DNA from: an uncultured Gammaproteobacteria bacterium
Lineage (GTDB): Bacteria; Pseudomonadota; Gammaproteobacteria; CAWUKA01
Direction: 5' to 3'
Assembly (NCBI GenBank): GCA_963922965.1
Contig: CAWUKA010000003.1
Span: 1-47,818 of the forward strand
Length of the DNA stretch: 47,818 nucleotides
In this document: piece by piece, positions 1-9,725 of the stretch
How the letters are laid out: every line of letters begins with the position of its first letter
How positions within the stretch are numbered: position 1 is the stretch's first letter
Notes under the pieces: generated by a model
Databases searched by the model: none
The model's input: only the letters and a program-made list of their open reading frames with translations
Told to the model about the DNA's origin: nothing
Position numbers and translations under genes: made by a program

Positions 1-140
1 GCAATTAACAGGCAGGTTAGTGTAGCACTTAAAGTGTTTGCTATGTAGTAAAAGCCCTAGGTTATGCGATATTTATTTGTTTAAATGAAGCGCACTAGGC
101 CTGACTTTTCGGGCATCAAGTCCGGTTTGTTCTTGATTGC

Positions 141-1291
141 TTGGGAATAGATGCCATAATAGTTGGCACAGATCGCGCCACTCAACACCACATTCCGCAG
201 GATTTGCCGAGTAAAATCGTCTTGCTCACCGGCCCGCGCCAACGTGGTAAAACCACTCTCGCTAAGCAGCTGACCGGCTCATTTGATTATCTCAATTACG
301 ATACTGCTGAATCGCGCATGATACTGCAGGTAAAGAGTTGGGATCGCTCAAAGGCGTTGATTATCTTCGATGACCTACACAAGATGAAGCAGCAGAAGCG
401 CTGGTTGAACGGTGTCTACGATACTGAGGTGATTCCACCACAAATCATTGTTAGCGGCAGCGCGCGCTTGAATACTTATCGCAAGCTGAGTGACTCATTA
501 GCCGGCCTTTTTTTCAATTTCGCTCGCATCCTTTTGATGTGCAAGAAGTGATTCAGCATGATAGCGCAACTGAAGCTGAAGTGTTCAATAGGTTGTGGGC
601 TTGTGGTGGTTTTCCCGAACCTTATCTCAAAGGAGAGGCGTTTTATAAACGCTGGCGTCGTAGTCATCTCGATATTATTTTGTGGCAAGACTTGATTGAT
701 CTTTATTCGGGCCGAGATATTCAAGCCATTGAAACACTAGTTCACTTATTAAAGCAGCGTGTTGGTGCCAGTGTTTCTTATACGAATCTAGCTCGCGATT
801 TAGAGTGTGATGCAAAAACGATAAAGCGCTAGTTGTAGTTGTTAGAAGATTTATACGTGATTTTTCGGGCCATACCGTATCACAAAAAAATAGCCTGTTC
901 ATTATTACGCGAGCCAAAATTTTATTTTTATGATCATGCGCGAGTTAATCATGACGATGGTGCTAAGTTGGAGAATATTGTTGCTTCTGCACTATTGAAG
1001 CAGTTACAGTTTCTCGAGGATACTCAAGGTGTACAAAGGTGTACAAACGCAGTTGTATTATCTACCCACCAAAGATGGTAAAGAATTTGATTTTTAATTT
1101 GTCTTGATGAACAGCCAACCCATATCATTGAGGTTGAAACGACTACAGCAGGATTGGCTCCTGCTTTTGATCATTTCAGTCAATTTTTACCGGCTGTTCA
1201 TCAATTACAACTGGTCAAAGATACTAAGCGTAAAAAAACCTATCCAAATGGCGTTGAAATCGGCGCACTGATCCCTTGGTTAGCCACATGA
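141..1291 (+). pseudogene. AAA+ ATPase (COG1373 / DUF4143 type), fragmented
   Basis: Walker A GPRQRGKTT, Walker B IIFDDLHK, SGSARL, GGFPEP, KFYFYD and LEN motifs spread over three frames; TAG stops at 830 and 836; frameshift from a 10-bp duplication at 1026-1045; C-terminal 'YYLPTKDGKEFDF...IPWLA' continues to about 1291. Confidence 0.85.
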
Positions 1292-1501
1292 ATTTAACTG
1301 CAGTATCGTGATGCTGTGATGGTTTTATTTTTAGTCGAGCTTGTTTATCCTGATCTGATTATAAGTCAATTTTTACTAGTGGTTAGTAAATTATAATTTA
1401 TTAAAGATTTTAAGCGTGAAGTATTTGTTCACATGAGCTCGAAAATCAAAGCAAATTTCTCACGACTTAAGCCAATGCTAAGTGAAATGCGCTTGACCCT
1501 A

Positions 1502-2560
1502 TTAGGGTTTGATGATGGCTTGAATTGTTGTTTGTAATCCTTCTAATTTAATTTCTTGTCGTTTTATTTCGGCATCAAAAAGTTGATTAAAACTATTCAC
1601 CGTTGTTGGTAAAGTACAGTTTGGTTGTAGAGCAATATAGGGTCGTAACTGTTGGTAGCTTTGATCAGTACGACTACTCGTGCCGATTGTTTTTTCTTTT
1701 GCGGGGTGATGTTGTTGTAAAATAGTTTGAACAGCGTTTTTACCATTTCGTAGCAAGCGTATTTTTGTCTCTTTAAAACTAATTTTTCTCTGCAAGAATC
1801 CGACTGTATCTGCTGTCAACACACCCTCGGTCAAGAGTTTGTTGATGCCAGTTTCTAATAATTCAATTTTATCTTGATTAGCTGGGCCACCGAACAGGAC
1901 AGTTTGGTATTTAATAATATAGTTGGTCAATAATTTGATAATCTTATCAAAGTCCTGTTTAACTTGATCTAAGTTTTCAGGACCATCAGCATAGTACTGT
2001 TGCGATAAGTGCTGAAGCGGGAAGTAATCACGAGAGGTATCAAAGGTTTTATATCTTGGTGTTGGTGTGCGTCCCAAAATTGATCTCATCATCCAATACT
2101 TCAACAGCAAATACGTTGGCTTAAATACCAAATGCTGTGCAGCAAATAAAATATTGATGCAGATGGCGATAGCGTTAGCGTAGTTGAGGAAAGCAAGTGA
2201 TAGTGTTGACAAACTCATGCTTGACAGCCCAGCACTTAGGGCTCCTCCTGCGAAGACGACACCAAATGTCATCGCAGCGAGTATTGCGATGCTATTGAGA
2301 AGCAACTCTAATCGGGTGAACTGATTATAATGAATGTTGTAAAAAAAAGTACTGAGAAAACCAGCAGCAAGAATGATATTAGTCAGCACTAATAAAATAT
2401 CTTGGATGAGAAGATTACTCAAAACGACAAGCGGTGTAAAAAACACCAATAAAAATGCTTTACTTAACCACGCAAGTCCACTCTGCCAGCGTTTGAAAGA
2501 GTAACCTTGTAACTTCTCTCGCCAGCGGTTGCGTCTATAAAAAGGCTCCAGTGATAGCAC
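1502..2560 (-). CDS. hypothetical membrane protein (about 4 N-terminal TM helices, helical C-terminus)
   Basis: Long intact ORF; likely GTG start at 2560 preceded by AGGAG; hydrophobic segments; no family recognised. Confidence 0.7.
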   Translation of the reverse strand: MLSLEPFYRRNRWREKLQGYSFKRWQSGLAWLSKAFLLVFFTPLVVLSNLLIQDILLVLTNIILAAGFLSTFFYNIHYNQFTRLELLLNSIAILAAMTFGVVFAGGALSAGLSSMSLSTLSLAFLNYANAIAICINILFAAQHLVFKPTYLLLKYWMMRSILGRTPTPRYKTFDTSRDYFPLQHLSQQYYADGPENLDQVKQDFDKIIKLLTNYIIKYQTVLFGGPANQDKIELLETGINKLLTEGVLTADTVGFLQRKISFKETKIRLLRNGKNAVQTILQQHHPAKEKTIGTSSRTDQSYQQLRPYIALQPNCTLPTTVNSFNQLFDAEIKRQEIKLEGLQTTIQAIIKP

Positions 2561-2627
2561 AATCTTTACTCCTAACTGGGTGGCGATGTAGCACTTTGTT
2601 TGCGATGTTAGCAAGAGTATTGGCAAA

Positions 2628-2693
2628 GGGCAATCAAGCGACTATGGCGTGTCTCGGTAGCAGTTCCTCATCGAGGCAGTGGGTGGATTGTCC
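2628..2693. ncRNA. candidate structured small RNA or leader hairpin
   Basis: GC-rich intergenic nested stems GGGCAATC/GATTGTCC and TGTCTCGGT/ATCGAGGCA, complete with G-U pairs on the + strand; no family recognised. Confidence 0.35.
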
Positions 2694-2803
2694 CCCGGCT
2701 TTACAAGGCCTTAGTATACTGTGACAGCCGCTTTTTTGTCGTTAAGGTTATTTGTGGTCAAGAGAAGTAGCCATCTTTATAACAAATGACGCAAATATCG
2801 CGA

Positions 2804-3751
2804 TCAGGCTGGCGTTGTTGCGGTTTTCGCTGCCGCTGCTGATGTAGTTTGCTGCAGCGCTTGACCCTGTATCGCAACGTGGCCACTGCGACCCGCAACT
2901 TGACCTTGGACGATTTCACAAATCGGGATTGATTCAGGCTTGCTGAGCAGCTGCTCGGCGTAGTCATCTAAACGGATAAAGTTGACTTGCCGTTGTTTGA
3001 GCTCTGTCAACAAGCTATCGAACCAAGCCAAGTGCTTGATGCCTTCGAGTTCAGCATGAAGCGTCAGCACGTTAACGCCATCTGTTAATTCAGATAGATA
3101 GTGCTGTGACAGGTGACTCAGTGAGCTACGCCGTTGTCTCAAGCGCTCATCGAGTGTTGCTAAAGTGGTTGGAATTTGCAGGGTATCAAAGGTATAGATG
3201 CCAATCTTAGGGAAGAATGGGGAGTGACCGCGACAGTCACTCGCGTAAGCCATATCAGCAAAATCGTTGCAGTGCAGGCTATGGGCGTTGGCCTGCCAAC
3301 CGGCAGCACCAATCGCTTTAGCCTGTTCACCAAAGACTTTGTCAAATTCAATCAAGGCAGCGCCGTACAGCGCAGAGACATCATCAAATTGCAGCTTATG
3401 CAAGTAATCTTGCCAGCGTGTGTGGTCATAGCTGTGTATACCAACTTCAAAGCCGGCATCACGCGTGGCGCGCATCAGGTCGGCGTGTTTTCGAGCGATG
3501 TGTGGGCCGCGCCGTAATAAGCCATTAATCAAACTGCGGATGCCATAAATACCAGTCACATTACTGCGAGTTTTGCTAAAAAAACCGCGCCGAAAAATAC
3601 ATTTTATGGTTTTGCCAGTATTGTCTGGTCCGAACGAGAATAGAAACGTGGCCGGTATATGGTGTTTGTTGAGGAGGGCGATTAAGTTCGGTACTCCGCG
3701 CCGGGTGCCTTTTTCAGTATTGACGTCAATTTTGAGGGCGATAGTCTTCAT
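2804..3751 (-). CDS. arnD: ArnD-like polysaccharide deacetylase/deformylase (CE4)
   Basis: IALKIDVNT..GT..GVP.L, ATFLFSFGPDNTG, EVGIHSYDH..WQD, AAGWQ, YASDCRG, QIPTTL.TLDE, VLTLHAELEG motifs. Confidence 0.8.
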   Translation of the reverse strand: MKTIALKIDVNTEKGTRRGVPNLIALLNKHHIPATFLFSFGPDNTGKTIKCIFRRGFFSKTRSNVTGIYGIRSLINGLLRRGPHIARKHADLMRATRDAGFEVGIHSYDHTRWQDYLHKLQFDDVSALYGAALIEFDKVFGEQAKAIGAAGWQANAHSLHCNDFADMAYASDCRGHSPFFPKIGIYTFDTLQIPTTLATLDERLRQRRSSLSHLSQHYLSELTDGVNVLTLHAELEGIKHLAWFDSLLTELKQRQVNFIRLDDYAEQLLSKPESIPICEIVQGQVAGRSGHVAIQGQALQQTTSAAAAKTATTPA

Positions 3752-3885
3752 GGATACACTAGGCTAATTGCTAAATTTCGAGGCTTCAGTTTAAGGATTT
3801 AAGCCTCGATCTGCAAGGTTTATGACCTATTTTCGGCTAATGCTGCTCACTGTTAGCCTTAGCGTCATGCCGGTGCCAATCCACT

Positions 3886-5271
3886 TTAGTTATTCGTGTA
3901 ATAACGTTGCCGCAAGTATTCGATCAATTGCTCGCTCGCAACCCGCTCTTGCTGCAAAGTATCTCGGTCTCGCACAGTGAGGGTATCTTTATTGCTAGTG
4001 TCGTCATCAGCACCAATGGTTTCAAAATCGATGGTGATGCAGGCGGGGGTGCCAATTTCATCGTGGCGTCGATAAGCTTTGCCGATGTTGCCAGTATTTT
4101 CTTGTTCGATGCGACCCCAGCGTTGTTGCTTTAGGCTCTGGGTGATTTTGTCGGCATACTCAACTAACTCGGCGCGATTCTTCGCAAGTGGCACCACTGC
4201 AGCTTTGACTGGAGCGAGGTGCGGTTTTAATTGCAGGACGACACGTTTGCCATTATCGAGTTGTTGTTCGTGGTAAGCTTCTGCGAGTACCGCGAGTACA
4301 CCGCGATCAACCCCAGCTGAAGGCTCGATGATAAACGGCACGAACCATTGTTTGGTCTCGATATTTTGTACCGCCAACTTACTGATGCTGTCATTATTGG
4401 GTTTAACCTTGGCAGAAACATTCAATTGTTGTTGGTTTTTGGTGTGCGAACCCAAATCATAGTCGGTGCGGTTAGCAATGCCTTCAAGCTCCTCTAAGCC
4501 GTGTGGAAAGCGATAAAGGATATCAACCGTGGCTTTTGAGTAATGCGCGAGTTCATTGGCGGTTTGGGGTTGTTGTACTAAGTTATCACTCGTCAGCCCT
4601 TGTGCCTGCCACCACTGTAAGCGCCGTTGCAGCCAGTATTGGTGCCAGTCGTCATCCTCGCCAGGTTTAACGAAAAATTCAATTTCCATTTGCTCGAATT
4701 CACGGACTCGAAAAATAAAATTACGTGGTGTGATTTCATTCCGAAACGCTTTGCCAATTTGTGCAATGCCAAACGGTAACTTGGGTGATAAGCTATCCAT
4801 GACATTTTTAAAATTCACAAAAATACCTTGCGCGGTTTCAGGCCTGAGATAAGCCTTAGCTTTGTCATCAAGGACGGGACCAACGTTGGTGCTAAACATT
4901 AAATTAAAATCACGCGGCTCAGTTAAGTTGGTTGAGCCACAGTTTAAGCACTTACCTTCAGTCAGAAAGTCAGCGCGCCAACGACTCTTGCAATCGCGGC
5001 AATCAATCAATGGATCAGTGAAGGTGTCTTCATGGCCAGAGTGTTGCAATACGGTTTGATGCATGAGAATACTGCTGTCGAGGCCGTATATGTCATCACG
5101 AGCGTAGACATTGTCTTGCCACCAACTTTGTTTCAACTGTTGCTTAAGCTCAATGCCAAGCGGGCCGTAGTCATATAAGCCTTGTAGGCCACCGTAGATT
5201 TGACAGCTCGGAAAAATAAATCCGCGTCGCTTACAGAGCGCGGCTAATTGTTCCATGGTGGTTACTGGCAT
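3886..5271 (-). CDS. glyQS: glycine--tRNA ligase, homodimeric alpha2 type
   Basis: [90 protein letters not shown] anticodon-binding domain. Confidence 0.95.
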   Translation of the reverse strand: MPVTTMEQLAALCKRRGFIFPSCQIYGGLQGLYDYGPLGIELKQQLKQSWWQDNVYARDDIYGLDSSILMHQTVLQHSGHEDTFTDPLIDCRDCKSRWRADFLTEGKCLNCGSTNLTEPRDFNLMFSTNVGPVLDDKAKAYLRPETAQGIFVNFKNVMDSLSPKLPFGIAQIGKAFRNEITPRNFIFRVREFEQMEIEFFVKPGEDDDWHQYWLQRRLQWWQAQGLTSDNLVQQPQTANELAHYSKATVDILYRFPHGLEELEGIANRTDYDLGSHTKNQQQLNVSAKVKPNNDSISKLAVQNIETKQWFVPFIIEPSAGVDRGVLAVLAEAYHEQQLDNGKRVVLQLKPHLAPVKAAVVPLAKNRAELVEYADKITQSLKQQRWGRIEQENTGNIGKAYRRHDEIGTPACITIDFETIGADDDTSNKDTLTVRDRDTLQQERVASEQLIEYLRQRYYTNN

Positions 5272-5286
5272 ACTAGTATCCTGAGA

Positions 5287-6174
5287 TTAAGTGCTTGGTC
5301 CAGCAACTGCAGCTGGTGCGGGTTGGGCTAGCCATTCAGCGAGGTTTAGTTCACCAAGGTAAGCGATAGTATAGCCTTGCTCTTGAAGTAGTTTAGCAAG
5401 CCCTTCATGCGCTGCATTGCTGATCGCTGCCGCTGCTGCTACACCTTCAGGTGGCTGTGGTGGATAACCAGTGATGTGAAAACTGATTTCGTCGGCTGGA
5501 ATCCCTTGTTGGAGCAGCTCAGTACCAATATGTTGATAGAGATCTTTTTCTTGCAATTGATGCTCGGCAGTTGAATAAAATCGGTACTGGCCCATAACTT
5601 TATGCGTTGTCACCCCGTCATCACTCATTGTCACTATGCCTGCTGCTAATAATGCGCTGATGTGTATCGCATTGGTGTTGGCGACAAAAATGATATCATC
5701 TCCTGGATATCTAGTCTCAAGCTGCTCTAGAATATGTACGAGTTGTTGCTGCTTCTCGGCCAAGTCACCTAGCATGGCAGACCAAGCTTCGCAAAAGTTT
5801 TCGTAGCTGAGGTCAATTGAAAATTTTACACCACCGCGCTGGTTGGCACTCAGTAGCGATACGACATGTTGGTAAAACCATTCGTCTGAGCTAAGCTCGT
5901 CGCCTGCGGCTACATCTTCAGCAGCTTGGACTGGCTCCTCAGTAGCTGCTCGTTCAGCACCAGCTTCTGCGGCTAACTGCTGCTTGAGTTCTTTTAACGA
6001 GCCGGCATCGCAGCGGCCGCTATTATGATAATCACGACTCAGCCGTGTGATCTGAGCAATGAGTTCGCCGGTCCAATTTATCTGAGTGGGGTTGAGCAGT
6101 TGATTTAGCTTTTGAATCGTTGCGGCATGCTCAATCTTTAAAGCTGAGCCTAGTGAAAAAACTTGAATCGGCAT
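5287..6174 (-). CDS. hypothetical protein, degenerate HAD-like fold
   Basis: ATG at 6174 with GAGG RBS; 'VFSLGS', 'F.EAW.AMLG' and 'IIFVANTNAIH' resemble YihX-type HAD motifs I/II but lack the nucleophile Asp. Confidence 0.55.
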   Translation of the reverse strand: MPIQVFSLGSALKIEHAATIQKLNQLLNPTQINWTGELIAQITRLSRDYHNSGRCDAGSLKELKQQLAAEAGAERAATEEPVQAAEDVAAGDELSSDEWFYQHVVSLLSANQRGGVKFSIDLSYENFCEAWSAMLGDLAEKQQQLVHILEQLETRYPGDDIIFVANTNAIHISALLAAGIVTMSDDGVTTHKVMGQYRFYSTAEHQLQEKDLYQHIGTELLQQGIPADEISFHITGYPPQPPEGVAAAAAISNAAHEGLAKLLQEQGYTIAYLGELNLAEWLAQPAPAAVAGPST

Positions 6175-6327
6175 GATGTTGTCCTCTATTTGTTGGCTAG
6201 TATTGTCTATTTGGCAGGGTAACAAAAGCATTGCGGCATGTAAAAGGTTTACGCTAGTTTTCAGCGTCTTGCGCTTAGTCTACTATTAATAACATCAAAA
6301 CATTGTCTTATCAGCAGGGGATTGTTA

Positions 6328-6900
6328 ATGGATTATACAACTTTAGTGATTTATGGTTTACCGGCCGTTTTTGTCTATCTTTGGTACGTCAGCATCGTTG
6401 GTAAGCGTAATAAAGCCAAAGAAGCCTTGTCAGGCATCGATGTGCAGTTAAAAAAGCGCTCAAACTTAATTCCCAACATTTTAAAAATCGCGCAGAAGTT
6501 CATGGAGCACGAACAATCATTGTTATCTGAGATCACTGAGCTACGCAGTCAGGCTACTCAGCGCTACGACGAATTGGATAAGACCGCTGTACAGCAGCAC
6601 TTTGCTGCGGCTGAACAGCTGGCCTCTAAAATGGGTCAGCTTATGATTGCGGTTGAAGATTACCCTGATTTAAAATCCGACCAAACCATGTTGCAAGCTC
6701 AGCAAACTTATAACGAAGTGGAAGCGCAAATTGCTGCGGCGCGGCGGTTTTATAATTCAGCGGTTACTGAACTGAATAACTCAATCGAAATCTTCCCCGG
6801 TAATTTGATCGCACGCTTAGTAGGTGCTAAGCCAATGCCGTTTTACGAAGCTGATGCGGCAGCGCGAGCGCCAGTTGATGCTGGTGATTTTTTAAAGTAA
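6328..6900 (+). CDS. lemA: LemA family protein (copy 1)
   Basis: N-terminal TM; IDVQLKKRSNLIP, EDYPDLKSD, IAAARRFYN.AV..LN..I..FPG. Confidence 0.95.
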   Translation: MDYTTLVIYGLPAVFVYLWYVSIVGKRNKAKEALSGIDVQLKKRSNLIPNILKIAQKFMEHEQSLLSEITELRSQATQRYDELDKTAVQQHFAAAEQLASKMGQLMIAVEDYPDLKSDQTMLQAQQTYNEVEAQIAAARRFYNSAVTELNNSIEIFPGNLIARLVGAKPMPFYEADAAARAPVDAGDFLK

Positions 6901-6903
6901 CTC

Positions 6904-7865
6904 ATGGGCCAATGACATAGACCGGTTTCAGGTCGAACTGAGCAGTCACAAGCATCGCCACAACGTTTTCTTGAGTTGTTCGAAAAATCATTTGCACCAC
7001 ATTACCAGCAATATATTCAACACGGATCCATCGCTTTGAAAAACAGCGCCAACTAGCGCTGCGTATTTTTAGGTTGCGCCGTAGCGTGTCAGTTGTGTTT
7101 GGTATCGTGCTTGTTGTTAATTGTTGTGTTTGTTCTTTTAAATCAGCAATTGATGAAGATGCTCTGATCGGCTTCGCTATCATGTTCGGTTTAGTGGGCT
7201 TTGTCTTAGTTAGTTGGTGTTACCGACCGATTAAAGCCCATAACACATCGGTTAAAGCCTGTATCTACCCACATGTGTTTTGCTATTTTGGTGAAGGTTT
7301 TATTTATCTACCGACTAGGATCGATACTATCAAGCGGTATCAGGGTTCTGAATTGATCCCATCATTTACTACGAGAGAGTGGGCATGGTAATAAGAGGCG
7401 ACGGCGAACGGTATTTAAGGGTATTGTGATTGCGTTTTCCGCACACAACAAATTCACAGGCAAAACCATTGTTGTGACTAATGCTGGTACAATTGGTAAT
7501 TGGCTGCAAGGCTAAGTAAAAAACTAGTTGAGTGACTTAGAATAAATTCAACTTGAAGATCCAGTGTTTAAGCAACGTTTTCAAGTCTATGTGAGTGATC
7601 AAATTGAGGCACGTTATTTGTTGACCACAAGTTTTATAGAGCGTATTTTACGGCTGAGATTCTTGTTTCGGAGTAATAAAATTCAATGTAGTTTTTACGA
7701 CGACCGGTTGTTATTTATGATTGTAAGTAAAAAAATCGTTTTGAATTGCGCTCTATATTTAAGCCAGCAACTTTCGTCAATGACATCAATACTATCTTAC
7801 GCGAGATGCAACTATTGTTTCAGATGATTGATGTGTTAAAGCTGGATGCAATTACAACAGTGTAG
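6904..7865 (+). pseudogene. DUF3137 membrane protein, disrupted
   Basis: Fragments homologous to 8636..9709 (FLELFEKSFAP, IYP.VF.YFG, FTGKT, LEDP.FKQRF.VY.SDQIEARYLLT.SF, IDVLKLD) with frameshifts, stops and an internal deletion. Confidence 0.85.
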
Positions 7866-7953
7866 GTGTAATGCTGCTACGCTCAATGGTGCCCGGCCAG
7901 CATGCTTGTTGCTGAGTTATGTTGTTAGTATGTCTACGCAAGTGCAATTATCC

Positions 7954-7986
7954 CTTAATCTTCCCTTAAGCTTCCCCTGTTATGCT
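7954..7986 (+). promoter_or_regulatory. PmrA box plus -10 element upstream of lemA copy 2
   Basis: CTTAA-tc-TT-cc-CTTAA, then 11 nt, then TATGCT; matches the Legionella/Coxiella PmrA element cTTAA-N2-TT-N2-cTTAA. Confidence 0.75.
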
Positions 7987-8047
7987 GGTGTTTGATCGTA
8001 GCTAGACTAACTCAAATCGTTATTATTTTACCGTAGGGGATTAATTC

Positions 8048-8623
8048 ATGGTCTTAATGTTCATACTGTCACTATTTCTGATACTAATATTATTCGGTTA
8101 TTCGTGGTACGTATCGATTATCAGGAAACGTAATAAAGCTCGAGAAGCATTGTCAACTATCGACGTTCATTTAACAAAACGCTCTGATTTAATACCTAGC
8201 GTTTTGAAGATTGCACAAAAATATATGCAATTTGAGAAGTCACTGATGATGGAGATCACTGAACTGCGTAGCCAAGCACAGCAGCATCACGCGAGAAACA
8301 CCCAGGTTGATGTACAGAATTATTTTGCTACAGCCGAAGAGCTGGCTGCCAAACTAGGCCAGCTTATGGTTGCTGTTGAGAATTATCCAGATTTAAAATC
8401 AGATCAGGCAATGCTGCAAGCACAGCAAACCTATACTGAAGTTGAAGCACAAATTGCTGCGGCGCGCCGGTTTTATAACTCAGCAGTGACCGAACTAAAT
8501 AATGCTATCGAAATTTTTCCTGGCAAACTAATTGCACCTTATGCTAATGCTGAGACAATGCTGTTTTATCAGACTGACAGTGCAGCAAAAGCTGCAATAG
8601 ACGTCGACAACTACTTTAACTAA
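8048..8623 (+). CDS. lemA: LemA family protein (copy 2)
   Basis: Close paralog of copy 1: ENYPDLKSDQAMLQAQQTY.EVEAQIAAARRFYNSAVTELNN. Confidence 0.95.
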   Translation: MVLMFILSLFLILILFGYSWYVSIIRKRNKAREALSTIDVHLTKRSDLIPSVLKIAQKYMQFEKSLMMEITELRSQAQQHHARNTQVDVQNYFATAEELAAKLGQLMVAVENYPDLKSDQAMLQAQQTYTEVEAQIAAARRFYNSAVTELNNAIEIFPGKLIAPYANAETMLFYQTDSAAKAAIDVDNYFN

Positions 8624-8635
8624 GTTATTCGCTTT

Positions 8636-9709
8636 ATGGATGAGTTACACATACCTGAGGTAGGTTATTCTTTAGTGTCCCAGTTTTCGAAAGAATCTTA
8701 TGTGCCAGTTCGGAGCGAATCTATTAATCTCCCCAAAAAACACAGTCGACTTCAACATTGTGATTTTCCAGAGTTATTCGAAAAGCAGTTTGCACCTTAC
8801 TTTAGTAGACATATTTATCCCTACATTGGGAATTTAGAACAGCAACGACAACAAGCAGCAGTTATATCTGGTAGACGTTTTAAAGTATCTAGTGCACTTG
8901 CTCTCTTTCTGCTGATATTTGCTTTTGCTACTTTTATTTACTGTGGCGATATCGGTGTTGATATTGGTGATGTGGTGCAAGGTTATTCGATCGTCATTCC
9001 TGCGCTATTTTCTTGGTGCTATTGGCCGATGTATCATTATAGAAAAAACCTACAAGAATCCATTTATCCAAAAGTAATTGCCTTTTTCGGTGATGAGTTT
9101 ACTTATCAGCCAGAAGTTGCCCCCAGCATTGAGTCATACTATCTATCGAATCTGATTCCACCGTGCAATGTCAAATCAACCGAAGATTATGTCAAAGGGA
9201 ATTATAAGAAGGTTGCAATCGAATCTTTTGGCTTACATTTAACCAGGCATGTTACAAACGGCAAACATACGATTGAGGAAACTGTTTTCAGGGGGCTAAT
9301 TATTGCTTTGTCATTGGCTAAAAATTTTACCGGTAAAACAGTCATTACTAATAATTTCAAGCTCGGCTTGCCACATCGGCTCGAGCATATCAAACTAGAA
9401 GACCCGCTGTTTAATCAATATTATTGCGTGTATGGTACTGATCAAATAGAGGCGAGGTGTCTGGTAACACCAAGTTTTATGCAGCGATTATTACAGCTGA
9501 GATCGTTGTTCAGTAATGCTAACATAAAATGTATTTTTTACGACAAGCAGCTGTCGTTTGCTATCGAAACAGGAAAAAGTCGCTTTGAATCTGATTCTAG
9601 GTTTGAATCAGAAAAATTTATTACTGATGTAACAAACATATTGCGTGAGATGCATTTGATTTTTCAAATTGTTGATGTGTTAAAGCTGGATGAGAAAACC
9701 ATAATCTAA
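8636..9709 (+). CDS. DUF3137 domain membrane protein
   Basis: Two TMs, EDYVKGNYK, TVFRG, KNFTGKT, LEDPLFNQYY.VYGTDQIEAR..VTPSFMQRL; directly after lemA, the usual context. Confidence 0.85.
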   Translation: MDELHIPEVGYSLVSQFSKESYVPVRSESINLPKKHSRLQHCDFPELFEKQFAPYFSRHIYPYIGNLEQQRQQAAVISGRRFKVSSALALFLLIFAFATFIYCGDIGVDIGDVVQGYSIVIPALFSWCYWPMYHYRKNLQESIYPKVIAFFGDEFTYQPEVAPSIESYYLSNLIPPCNVKSTEDYVKGNYKKVAIESFGLHLTRHVTNGKHTIEETVFRGLIIALSLAKNFTGKTVITNNFKLGLPHRLEHIKLEDPLFNQYYCVYGTDQIEARCLVTPSFMQRLLQLRSLFSNANIKCIFYDKQLSFAIETGKSRFESDSRFESEKFITDVTNILREMHLIFQIVDVLKLDEKTII

Positions 9710-9725
9710 TTGACTAGCACTATTG

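Noticed and set aside
3790-3803. Two CTTAA words upstream of arnD as a PmrA box
   Set aside because: Spacing is 3 nt rather than 6
3160-5059. Short antisense or alternative-frame ORFs inside arnD and glyQS (and similar ones within other long genes)
   Set aside because: Shadow ORFs overlapping well-supported genes, no motifs
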